Source: Lytechinus pictus (Eukaryota). Taken from it: a stretch of DNA of 64,000 nt. Where the stretch lies: assembly GCF_037042905.1 (NCBI RefSeq), contig NC_087246.1:1738001-1802000 (forward strand). Direction: 5' to 3'. Shown in pieces: positions 14,619-26,567 of the stretch. Numbering within the stretch: position 1 is the stretch's first letter; every line of letters starts with the position of its first letter. The position numbers were made by a program, and so were the translations under genes. The notes under the pieces are model-generated. The model saw only the letters and a program-made list of their open reading frames with translations. It did not search any database and was not told the origin of the DNA.

Positions 14619-15368
14619 GATGGTGCTATCATTCTCAAGAACCATGGTGTCAGAGAGGAAGAGGAGGAGAGCTCAGGGAAGCCGGCAAATGTCCGTAGGA
14701 CCAATGCAGAAACAAAAGAAACTCCACTGGTGGTGGCGGATGATTCAAGAAGAGCAAAGAAAGAAGAGAAAGGAAAACCTGTGACAGGAGAGACGAGTGA
14801 TGAGAGACCATCATCAGAATCATCTTCATCTCCTCAAACATCACTAGCATCATTTAAGGAATGCTCAGGGAAGGATGAGGACAGGGTAGCATCAACATCT
14901 GAGGAGAGAGTCAGCGTTTCCAATGGCAACCAATATGGAGGAGATGTAAGTGAGGAGCATGAGATTGTAGAAGCATTATCAGTGCCTGTTTCTCCATCCA
15001 ATTTACCATCATCATCATCATCTTCTCCTTCTTCTCCATCATCATCTGCTTCACCATCATCATCATCACCACCCTCATCACCACCACCACCACCACAACC
15101 ATCTTCCATAAATGCATCACCATTATCATCCCAGTCATTCAATCTCCCGGAGCCAAGGGATGATAGAGACTCAGTAGAGAAGGAATCTGTAAAACCACAG
15201 GAGAGTAATTCTAGTGATACTGAAATTGACTCTGAAAAAGTTAGATGTGAGATTCCAAATCAAGATGAATGTGGTCCTGAATCCATTCCAGGACCGGTCT
15301 TAGAGAATATTGAGATGGATGCAGATGATGAAGCATCTAAATGTGACAACATCCAAACCACTAAACAG
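14619..15368 (+). CDS. SMTN: Smoothelin-like coding exon, 250 aa, acidic and Ser/Pro-rich
   Basis: Within ORF 14544-15377; acceptor attcag|GAT, donor CAG|gtcagt; phase 0-0. Confidence 0.8.
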
Positions 15369-17839
15369 GTCAGTTAGACATTACTTGACTACATTGTGTG
15401 AATTAGTCTATAAAGTTCTTTATCTGTTGCATAAAACTTTATTATTACAGTTACTTGTAACCTCTATACTCCTTGAGTTTTATTGGCAATTGAGTATTAG
15501 TTTTTACCATTGCATGCCAAAAGTAATGAAATAGAAACTCTTTATGCAACAAACCCCTGCACTCTCAAAACATGCATTCATTTGTTAGCTAGAAATTATA
15601 AACAACTACAATTATTACTATTGCAACAATTGAGTTTCCTGTTGTAATAAACATTGTTTCTCATTTTCTTCAGGAGTATCTAGATTAATTCAGTGAGTTA
15701 TAACCTGCATTATATGAAATTTGACTCAAAATTATTCCCTTTTTTCAGAATTTACAGCCCCCTTTGTAGCAGAAATGAACATTATTACATTGTTTGAATT
15801 TATTTTGATAAATTATTTCATGTCATCAATTGTATATGAATCGTATCCTGAAGATTCTGAAATAAATTAAATGGAAATACTTCCCTCTCCCAAGTATTCT
15901 TGGAATATAATAAGGTTTTTAAATTTGTGAGTTTGATGAAAGCATACAAAAGATCTTTTTAACAAAGGAAGCCTAACAATTTTATGATAATTGGATAACC
16001 TTTTATGAATGTAAGTTGTTGGAGGAAGGGAAGTAAAAGTAAATAAACAGGTGAGGGAAGAAACAAATGAGAAAAGAAAACCATGAAGCAGAATTAAAAG
16101 GAACCCAAAGAAGTTTGTTCGATGGTCATAGCTCAAGGAAATGATTGAAGGAAGTGACGTTGAATTTATTTAAATATGTGACATAAAAGGAAAGATTCCA
16201 AGACCTTTTCAAAAGTAACCTTTAAATTAATGTCAAATAAGTGCAGGTTCAAACTAGAGCAGTGATTTAGTAAGTTTTTAAGCATCTTGTAATGTAAGAA
16301 ACCTGTCATGTCAAATTATCTTTATGCTGTCTTGACATCAAAACCATTTGGAGATCTAGTTCTCTTGATGACTTATTTCCCTTCGTGAAGCAGTATGTAC
16401 AAGGTGTGTCGACCAGGTGAGGTTTCTAACGCCAAGAAAAGGGAAGGAGATTAATTGAAAGGCCGGAAAGCTCTTCAAATCACTTAATGTGATCCAAGAT
16501 CATTTTGAGAATTCCAGGGTTATCTGGCATATGTATAAATATGTTAATTATATGCAATATTTTTCTTATTTTTGTATATTTCCACAGTATTTGTATTATC
16601 ATCTGCATCTATTTCCACTTTATTTGTGTTTTTTTTCTCCTCTATCCGTTCTCTTCTCCCATCTTCATCATGTTTCTCCTTCTCTTCCTTATCTTTCTTC
16701 TTCATTCACGTTCATGAAACACTTGTTTGTGCTACATAAAAACTATATTCAGTACTTCTTTTTTATAACAAATATATATTTTTTGTTGTTGAGGACTATC
16801 ACAGATTTTTGTTATGTATGATATTTTTTTCATATATTAGAAGTGACCTTTCCTGTACCTGTATATAGCCCCCAATAATTGAAGTATTATTTCACACCTG
16901 TTTATGGGCATCCCTCTTACTATCCTTGAAAGAATCATGTTATTTGGTGACTGCAAGGATTTACTTGGCTCTTTGTCAGTTATTGCCTATATCTTCTTAA
17001 AAAATAAAAAAATCACACCTTCATGTCTGTTTCAAATATTCTTTTGCAGTTGTTGTTTCCTGTATAAGTCCTTGCAGTTGGTTATTTCACAAATCCATTG
17101 TTTATTAATCATTTTATCCTCTTGTGAAAATTGGGAAACTATATGCAACCCAATGCTTAAAACAGAGTTTGATTGTCTGTACATGTATGCAAAAGCTTGC
17201 ATATTTTGCTACCTGCAAAAAGGCTAAGATTGACAGAATGTTGTAGCATCATATTATTAGTAATATTGTTCTTTTAGCTGGCAGCCAATTAGCTCAACCT
17301 TTCTCTGTCAAGGAATTGGTGGATGTTGTAAAATAGACATGCCGGCATATTTATGTATCATTTTCCATTTAATGAATTCCTACCCAAAATAGTATCCAGT
17401 AAATTGACAGGTACCATTGAAGTATTCTAGAGCTATGTTTTGCATGCTAATTAAACTGTAGAAATAAGAAACTAAAGAGTGGACAGGAAGGAGCAATAAT
17501 TTTGTGGTGTTTGAAATATAATGGAAAAAATATCAATCGAGGAAAGAAGAAAAATAGATCAGAAAAGTAAATCATATGGGGTCTCTTTTGGGTTGAATAT
17601 TTTGTTGTAATTTTGATCAATAATTAGGTGTTTTAAGCATATCTCAATATTCAGAACTAAACATTTAAACAAGACACATTCGTATAAGTTCCAGTAATGA
17701 TTTAACATTAATGGTTGATAATGATATATCAGAAACAGGGTTGTCTCCCTTATTCATTGCCTATTGGAATAAAGAGTCTTCAGTTCAGTCTGTAGGTACA
17801 TACAGTATATGTACTTAATCTATCTATTTCTCTCATTAG

Positions 17840-17995
17840 GCTAAGCCTATCCCAGCAGTAAGGAAAACCAAACCAGAAACTAAACCATCCCAGACATCAT
17901 CATCGCCATCATCATCATCAGCATCATCTTCGTCATCAGGGGCATCATCGTCAGGGTCATCCTCAGAGCTTGATGAGGTCACAGGTCAACCTAAG
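17840..17995 (+). CDS. SMTN: Smoothelin-like coding exon (AKPIPAVRKTKPETKPSQTSSS...GQPK)
   Basis: Acceptor ctcattag|GCT, poly-Ser frame. The donor AAG|gtcaat is weak; an alternative in-frame donor follows 17977. Confidence 0.65.
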
Positions 17996-18175
17996 GTCAA
18001 TTCACAAATACATCCATACAGCTATTGCAAGAGAATAATAAATTTGGCCATCACTAATTCCTCTGACATGGCATGTGATTAATATACATACACAACACAT
18101 TTTAAATCTTAGATATATTGTACTGAGAATTCAAATCCCTTGTTTCTACATGTGGGTTATATTGTTACACACCAG

Positions 18176-18330
18176 AGGCCCGTTGCACAAAACTTTTTAC
18201 CTGAGAAAACTCAGGTTGTTTTTACCGGAGTTTTTGCCCTGTGTTAAAGTCAATGGCAGAAATCAGACTAACCTTAGTTTTCAGTTTTTACCAGAGTTTT
18301 CTCAGGTTAAAAGTTTTATGCAACAGGCCC
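18176..18330. mobile_element. Harbinger-like MITE (a second degenerate MITE follows to about 18475)
   Basis: TIRs ggcccgttgcacaaaactttttacctgagaaaactc / gagttttctcaggttaaaagttttatgcaacaggccc; CAG on both flanks. Confidence 0.7.
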
Positions 18331-18688
18331 CAGGGGGAAGTCTTTCATGAACTATCTGGTCTATGATTTTCACAGAAAATTTTGCTATGAGCCAATCAGA
18401 TGCAAGGATTTCAGTAGCTTATAACAGTTACCAAGTGAAAACCACAGACTATTTTATTTAATGAAATGCTCCACTGGGCTTATATTGAGTGAAAAAATAC
18501 TGAGTGGGTGTTTTTGTATTGCACTCTTGCTAATTTTGCAAGTCTATCTGCTCCAAAATATCCACCTCATAAATCTGTATATATTCATATTCATGGAGAC
18601 ATCACTTATTGAGTGAAAGAATGATCACATTTATCTGAGATTGATATTTCTATTAATATTAACATCTAGTTTTTTATAATTCTAACAG

Positions 18689-18737
18689 GAGAAGAGAAAA
18701 CATATAGGACTTAAAGAAGCGATGAGGAGAAGAGCAC
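18689..18737 (+). CDS. SMTN: Smoothelin-like coding exon (EKRKHIGLKEAMRRRA)
   Basis: Acceptor ctaacag|, donor |gtaagt; phase 0 in, phase 1 out. Confidence 0.75.
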
Positions 18738-18945
18738 GTAAGTATTTAATTTGACTGACTTTTTATCATTTTTTTCCAGACTTTTTCAATTCAGGAAAGT
18801 TGGGTCTGTTATTATTATTATTATTATTATTAATATGTTATTATTCCTTGAATTTGATTCCAAGAAATGTAACCATGGGAATTTAACTATCAACACTTAA
18901 CAATAATTTTAAAGTAAATAATTCTAATGAATCTTTGAGACATTA

Positions 18946-19033
18946 ATGACTTTATCTTTACCTTTTTACTTTGGAAACCGGTTGGTATAAATGACTTTAT
19001 TTTTTCCTGTTTACTTTGGAAACCGGTTGGTAT
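18946..19033. repeat. Local tandem duplication of about 44 bp
   Basis: aatgactttat...tttactttggaaaccggttggtat occurs twice in direct orientation. Confidence 0.7.
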
Positions 19034-19090
19034 TAAAAATGTAAGATATTATATTTTATTACTGAACATTTTAATTTATCGTGTTTTTAG

Positions 19091-19141
19091 AACTGAAGGC
19101 CACTGAACTTGCCAAACAGTCAACCAAAGAAGTGAAGAAAG
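19091..19141 (+). CDS. SMTN: Smoothelin-like coding exon (QLKATELAKQSTKEVKK)
   Basis: Acceptor tttttag|, donor G|gtaagg; phase 1-1. Confidence 0.75.
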
Positions 19142-21456
19142 GTAAGGATTAACAAGAAAGAGACATTTTTGTGAAAATAATTATTTGAGTAAGATGACTT
19201 TGTATAAAACACAGTGAAAGGAGAGTAAACTCATCGTTTTGCATGTAAATTAAGAAGTGGAAGTGGAAATTAAAAAACATATCTAATGTTTCATATGAAA
19301 GATTTCTATGTAAGCATGTACACCCTTTTCATTATAAGAGTTCTAATAATGCTTTATTGGTGATTGTGAACATCAACCAAAATCTTCCTTGAATTATGGT
19401 TTGCTTTTCTCATATAAAGACCAATTGATACCTCAGTCTTTCTGTTAGGCAGTTTATAATTCAATCAACCATTACTTTACAATCTTGGAGTTCAATTTAA
19501 AGAATTTAAATCCCTGCTGAGAAATCTGCATTCATTTAAACAAACTAATCAAGGAATTAAATGTACGAATGGACCTTGGTCAATAGATGCGATAAAAACT
19601 AAATAACTTTGATTGTGTTCACTGGGGAGGGCTATTTACTGGATAATAGATCAATGAAATCTTTCAATATTCTTTGAAATCAATTTATTGAAGGATATTG
19701 TTAGAATGGTTTTGTTGGTTTATCTTCAAGGGGAGATCAATTTCGTAATGAAAAACTCATAAGGCCACAGGAAATGTATTAACAGAATCTGTGAAAAAAT
19801 AATTGTTAGAATTAAAGGCTAATGGAATACATTAGAATAATGAGAGGATAGGAAAATGAAATTGGATGACATTTGTAAATAGTGATCCAAGATTTATCCA
19901 TTAATTGACTATTAAAAAGAGATAAAAATATAGAATGATTGTCAAATTGTTAATAGACAGATTTGAGTTGAAACTTCCTCGAGGGTGTTTCACAAAGATT
20001 TAAGTGTTACTTTAAATTAAATCAAATTTGAACTCTATGTGCTTTATAACACATCACAGCATTAGTCATATCTCATTGGATGTGCTCTACCATGTGTTAC
20101 TCAATGATATTGTTAAATATGGTTGGCATTTAGAATTTGGCTTGTCGTCAGATGTAACTCTATGACCCCCCCTCCCATGTTCAAATCATGAGAAAATATT
20201 ACCGAGATGGTTTTCTTTATAGTCTGAAGGGAAGAAAGCAAAGTAAAATAAGATTAATATTACATATTCTCTTCTCTGGTAATAAATATGAGGGTATGGG
20301 CTATAATAGCAGTGACAAATATCAGTAATTTCAGTAGGTAGTTTGTTTCTCGCTGTTTCATATGTTTTTTCTACCGACTTGATTTCGCGTGGGAATGTTT
20401 CATAAAGATATATGGTTGATACTTGCGATCGATTGTAACTGTTTGTACATGTTTTATCATCAAATTAGAGTTAAGCTCAAACAAAGATTACATCTTTTAT
20501 GTTGTAAGGTAATGATGTCACAAAACATGTCAAATGACGCTTGCACCTGATTACAGTTGATCCATATAACACCAGTATAAAAGGAACAGCAATAAAATAA
20601 TCTTAGTGGGGAAACAATTGTAAACAATAGTTAACTCATTCATTCATTCTCCAAATGTATATCAAGGTTTAATTGCAGTTGAGAATCTGTGTGAATAACT
20701 GGCATTGCTTGATCATCTTTTAACCTTTCCCTCATTGGAATTGCTTTGTTATAAAAGCATGAGTCATCAAAAGAAACCTCACTATTAGGTTGTCGTTTGA
20801 AATTTGATAGAACTATTCATTCATCAAATGTTTTGCAAGATGGTCCCCTCTTCGTTGAAATGGTCTTGAAAATGTTTTTGAGAAAGAGTCAGCAGATTTG
20901 ACTGTTTTCAGAATACGGTTTGTGTTTATTGTTTTGTGAGAGGAAGGTTCTGATAATAATGACGTGAATTTTGTATTATACCTTTGGGGTTTCCTAACTC
21001 TAATGTTATGATCATGTTGTATATAAACATCTTCAGTGAAATTAGAATGATCACAAGCAGTTATTCTTTCATGTTGACATCACATAATGGTATTTCTGTT
21101 AATCATGAAGCAGCTTGAACTAAAACTGCCTTCTGTGGCTCAAGAAACAGGTTTGGATATTTGATTGTCAGTATATAAGTTGGATTTTGTTGTTGTCAAT
21201 AAAGAGTGAAATTAGAGAGAAAAAATAAGCAGGATGACAGAACAGGAATTATGAGAGTGTATTTGAAACAAACAAGATGGGGAAGAGCTGACGTCTGCAG
21301 TTTCAAAAAATAAAACACACTTTGTATGATGATTTCTGTTATTACAGAATGGTCTACTTAGCACTGTTTTTTAATTCCAATTTCCTTTGTACATTGATTT
21401 TTAATTTGCAGATTTTTTTTATATAAACATGTATTTGTATTTTTATGTCATCTCAG

Positions 21457-22464
21457 TAGAGTCTGAGGAAACCTGTACCCAAGAGGAACCACCATCTGTG
21501 AGCAAGGCTGTCAACAATGCTACCAAGGATGAAACGGAAAAGATTGATAGAACAATTGATGGAGATACCAAGAACAGTGATGACAGCTTGGTGTCAAAGA
21601 CTACTGAAAACCTTGCAGTAGAATCCACACTGGAGGTGAAGGATGTAGGAGATGTGAAAGCCTCAAGGAAACAGGATGATGGTAGTGCTACCAAGGAGGA
21701 GCAGAAGGAGGGGGATGAGGAAACATCTTCATCCCAGAGTCCGGTGTCTTCATTATCATTATCATATACTGAAAGTGAAAAGGTGGAAGCCCCAAGTGAA
21801 GACAAGTCAGTATCAAATGATGCTGACAGTATCAGCAAGGTCAAAGACACTACAGGAACAGTATCTCCCAAGATCTCTATGACTTTACATTCCCCTGTAA
21901 CATCCACCACCACATTCCCTATCTCAAATTCCACATCACCATCAACATCAACCTCAGAAAATATATCTTCCGTCATCGAGGTCACTCCGAAGATGAGTGA
22001 GAGGGTTCAGTCAACAAGTCAAAGTTTAAGTACCTCCTCAGGTAGTCAATCACAAAAAGTCAATAGTTCAGCTTCTGAGGACTCTCATGATGGTGCAGTA
22101 CTTTCTGTAGATAAAACAAACTCTAGTGAACATACACCTATTAGAAGTTCACCAGACACTTCTACTACTCCTAGCATTCCAAAGAACTTTGGTCATCCGT
22201 TCAGGTTTCATAAGACTCGCGATGACAACGCTATCCCAACACCAAAGAAAACCACAACATCGGTCAAAAGAAGTGAGAGTGCAGTATCATCCTTGCAGGC
22301 AAAGAGGAATAAATTCCTGAACAACAGACCAAGACCTGATGATGACACTAGCCCTACAAGCTCCACACCAGCGAGATCGTTTAAGAATGTTGTCTCAGGA
22401 AGCAAATTTGCTGCTCTCAGAGAAAAGTTCAGTGCATCAAATGGCAACAGCAATAATAATGCAG
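21457..22464 (+). CDS. SMTN: Smoothelin-like coding exon, 336 codons, Ser/Thr-rich
   Basis: Within ORF 21429-22487; acceptor tctcag|, donor GCAG|gtatgt; phase 1-1. Confidence 0.85.
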
Positions 22465-23569
22465 GTATGTTTTTTTTTCTTTCATAATCAGTTATCATGA
22501 GGTTTCTCTCTATAAGTCTATTCATATAAACTATCATATTTAGAAAAACAAATTGAAAAAACAAATTATCAAACAGTGTATGTAGAACTGACAAATTAAT
22601 ATTTTTTAATTCAAATTTTTACAATTTTTTCATGGCTGAAAAAAGAAATCATATAGGACACCAAAGCGAGCCGGTTGAGGGATTAAAATGTGTAGTTACT
22701 TCACTTGAATAAGCCACCATAGGAATATGATATACTGTCCTCTTGTGTTCATTCCTTCCTAGGCTGCATTGTTATCATGAATATGCCTGGTTAAGTTTAG
22801 TATTGCAGATGCTGGTTAGACTGCTGCCATCTTGTGTCAGTTGTCATGTAGTTTTGTACCTTGTACTTGGTTTGGATACTGCATTAGATATTTTGCAAAC
22901 AGAACTTGTGGAGCTTATTTGAAGAGCAAATCTTCCTCTTCAATTTCTAATTGATAAAATGAATTTTGCTAGGAAAGTGTAGTTTACATGGTATGCTGCA
23001 TTCTTGTTGAGTCTTTACAGACTTCTGATAAAGTAAGATATGCACAAGTTTATGTATTGTAGATGAATAAATAGAACTTAACAGACTGCAACAATTTGAT
23101 GATTTGAAATGTGTATATTTCAATGTCTGAACATTAAAGCCATGTTCAGATGTGGTAAGATAAAGCACCCTACATATGCAAGTTAATGATTCAGATTCAG
23201 ATTGAAATGAATTGTCCAAAGTTACATAGATAGACTCATCATTGTGGCAACTTGATATTTTTTGTGTGTTATAAATCATGTTACATCATGTCATGAAGTT
23301 TCTGCTCTTTTCTGGATCATTTAGTTTGTAATTAATTTATAAATAATTTGATTGGTGCAACAAACAAGTGTTTCTTGCCAGTGCATTTATTAAATGCCTC
23401 ATATACCATTTGCATTGTACCCCAAATTTTACTGGGTATTGTTACTGAGTTTTGCTACTGAGGTACATCATACCATTTCTTAAAGAACAATTCATGTGTA
23501 TTTTACTCATTTCAGCTGTAGTCTTTTTTTGTGATACAAATGCATTTTCCTTTCTTCAAATTTTAACAG

Positions 23570-23949
23570 GCCAGGGAAAACATGGTGGCCATTCTCCTTC
23601 TCCTTCAACAACTCCAAAATCGCTATGGCAACAGAAATCTCCATCTTCCTCTTCTCGTTTTGGTGGCAGCATCAGTGAAGAATCATCTCCAAATACTTCT
23701 GAACAAAAGAAATCAATATACGGGACCCCACCCTCATCTCCCCCTACCCCTCTGCCTTATATGACCCCCCCTGAAAGCCCCCTGGATTTTAAAGGCAAGA
23801 CCTCCACCCCTCTGGCTTCAAGCACCCCCACTGGAGCAGCAGAGTTGAAGAGTCCAACTGCAGCTGAGCTTAAGAGACAGTTCTTGTTTGGGAGAGACGA
23901 TTCTCAACAAGGGGATGTTTTTGTCGATGAGAAGGGAGCCAAGGATGAG
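23570..23949 (+). CDS. SMTN: Smoothelin-like coding exon (GQGKHGGHSPSP...EKGAKDE)
   Basis: Within ORF 23452-24030; acceptor ttaacag|, donor GAG|gtaagt; phase 1 in, phase 0 out. Confidence 0.85.
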
Positions 23950-26436
23950 GTAAGTGACATAACATTCTTAAATCCATCAATTTTTAAAATAAATAACATG
24001 ATGAGAGAGAAAAAAAAAGAAGATGATTAAGAGAAATAGGGAGAAGGAGGGAGGGGTATAAGTTAGAGAAATAAAAATAAAAATGTACAGAGAGGAACAA
24101 AGGTGGGTATGGGTCACAGGAAAGAGAGAAAGAGAAAGAAAATAAGATTTTAAGAACAAGTTTTGGAAAATTGTATTGTTTTTCATTTTTAAATCATGTC
24201 TGTTTTCCCCACATGAATATTTCAACTGTATATGCTTTAATTCATTGTGGCCCATTTTGTTTTAAATCAATTGTAAAGGTTTAAAGCAGGTTCCCCTTTT
24301 CTATGGTATAGAAAAGAGAAACATCACTTAAATCAGAAAGCATACATATTTCTTAGAACTTCTTAAAAAAAAGTAAATTAAAGGCAAAAAATGTGAATTA
24401 CATACTGTAAATATAAAAAAAACACACAAAAAAACACACCCCTGTTGTTTGTATGTATTCCTATGTGTCAAACAAATATGATTTCAATAACATTTCCATT
24501 AATCATTTATTTGGAAAACCTGAAGAATACAAAGTTTGATACTTGATGAAATGAAAGGTGTTGGAGTAATGAAATGTTAGTTTTTGTGGGTTTTTTTGTT
24601 TGTTTTTTGTTACTGTTATTAGGGATGTGTTTATGCCTATAGCTTTTTTTTAATGTTGACATGTTCAGTAATTTATATATATAGATAAGTTTAATCCTTC
24701 AATGAATGTGAACATTAATGTTCCTCTGTTAAAGAATGAAAGAAAGCAATTGAAATTCATGTTTTTTCAAAGAGGAAAAAAGTGATTGTGATTGATTTAC
24801 ACAAATGATTTTCCAGCCTTGTATTTTCAATGTATGTATTTTTCTGCTTTTCTGAATAATTCAGAGACATTGTGTGCCATTTTACATACCATGCATGTAT
24901 ATTTCATGCATCATTTTCAAAAGGATGCAAGTTAAAAATGAAAAAAAAATGAAGTTATTGATATTTTCATAATTTAACTCAAGGGAAGTGATGGTTCAAT
25001 TTATTTCAATTTGATTTTATTCCATTCAATATAGAAATAGTGAAATCAGCATATATAAATATGATAATAAAAATACAATGTTACAATGATATAGATAAAA
25101 TACATGATTAATAATTGAAATTGGATGCTGTATAAAACCCAAGAGGGTTTGTCTAGACCGCCACCATGAGACAAATCATGTCATATCAACATCATTGTAA
25201 AAATGACAGATATTGCTATTTAAAATCAATGTGTGACTTGTTTCCTTTTTGCATTGTAGAGGAGAAATGTTGTGTAGCTATTGATGTCTCATTAATCCTG
25301 ACAGTAATCTCTGTTTGATCAATTGACTGAATATATTAGTATTAATTGACATGCTCTACAAGAGCTAAATATAAATATGGCTTCTAACTACAGTCTCTTA
25401 AAAGGAAGTGAGGTTTCATACAGATCTAAAACTAAACTTAGTTCAACTTCAAGAAAATTAATTTATTCACTTACCTTAATAGACTCCTCCATGTCAAAAA
25501 TGAGTTTTATTGTTGAATGAAATGAATGACATTCTCTTTTCATTTGCTACTACTAATTTTCCAAATTTGAGGTAAAATCATTTTCAGGTTATCAAATCTT
25601 ATACTATACATTTTCATTTCTGGAATGATTTGCATTTTTTTTTAATGATGACTCTATAATACTTTGATACCTTTCTTCAAATCGTTTTGAAATTTTAGTG
25701 AATCTATCTGTTTTTAATAGTTTATATGAATGAGAGTAAAAAGTGTCTAAAGTTTCAAATATTTTGCATATTTTTGTTGAAGTTATTGTTTTATTCAAGT
25801 GAAAGCTTTCTGAAAGGCCTTTCTTAATTGTTTTTGAAAAATCAATATATACATTTTGTTAATCTGTCCACACCAGGTGAGGTAGTTTTTTTTTGTTCTT
25901 TTTTAATGATTTGTTTCCAGAAATTGGCCTTAATTACCCCATAATTTTCACTATGAGCAACCCTTACCCCATCACCTCTAGCATTTGCACCAGCTCTATC
26001 CATTGAATGGTTCTCATCTCATAAGATCTGTTCTGATTATACTCAAGCAGCCCCTTAATCCTTTAACCTCTAAACATGTTAATTGTGAGCAGATTGGGGC
26101 ATCGAAACCTATATTTCTGATGATATTTTATGAGTAGCATACTTTATCCATATGGTGTGTAGTAAGACATGGTCTATCCCTTGAATGCATAGACTGGGCC
26201 CAGCAGTAGGGTGAAGGCCTGGCTCAGTACACTGCTAGCTGACATGCCATTCTCCATATTAGGGTATCCTCTATCTACCAGGTCTACCAGTAGATGCGGT
26301 CCAGTGCCGTGTGAAGAAGAGTTGATGATGGTAGGCAGAGTGAGATAGACTGATTGACTGTCTGTGTGAACAGACGGAGTGAGCCGATACCTAGCTGGGT
26401 TTAGAGGAGGAGATAGATTTAGGTTATAGATGAAGG

Positions 26437-26567
26437 TGGAAGAGGAGGAGGAGGAGGAGGTTATGTATAAACAAGAAGGAGAAGAGGAGGAGGAGGTAGA
26501 TTTAATAGAAGAGGAGGAAGAGGTAGATTTAATAGAAGAAGAGGAGGAGGAGGAGGAGGAGGAGGAC
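26437..26567. repeat. Interrupted (GAG/GAA)n purine microsatellite
   Basis: Directly visible; explains the poly-Ser stretch in ORF 26174-26740. Confidence 0.85.

Noticed and set aside
14650..22594. Antisense ORFs over the large exons (14834-15142, 21443-21985, 22208-22594)
   Set aside because: These are shadow frames of Ser-rich coding exons.
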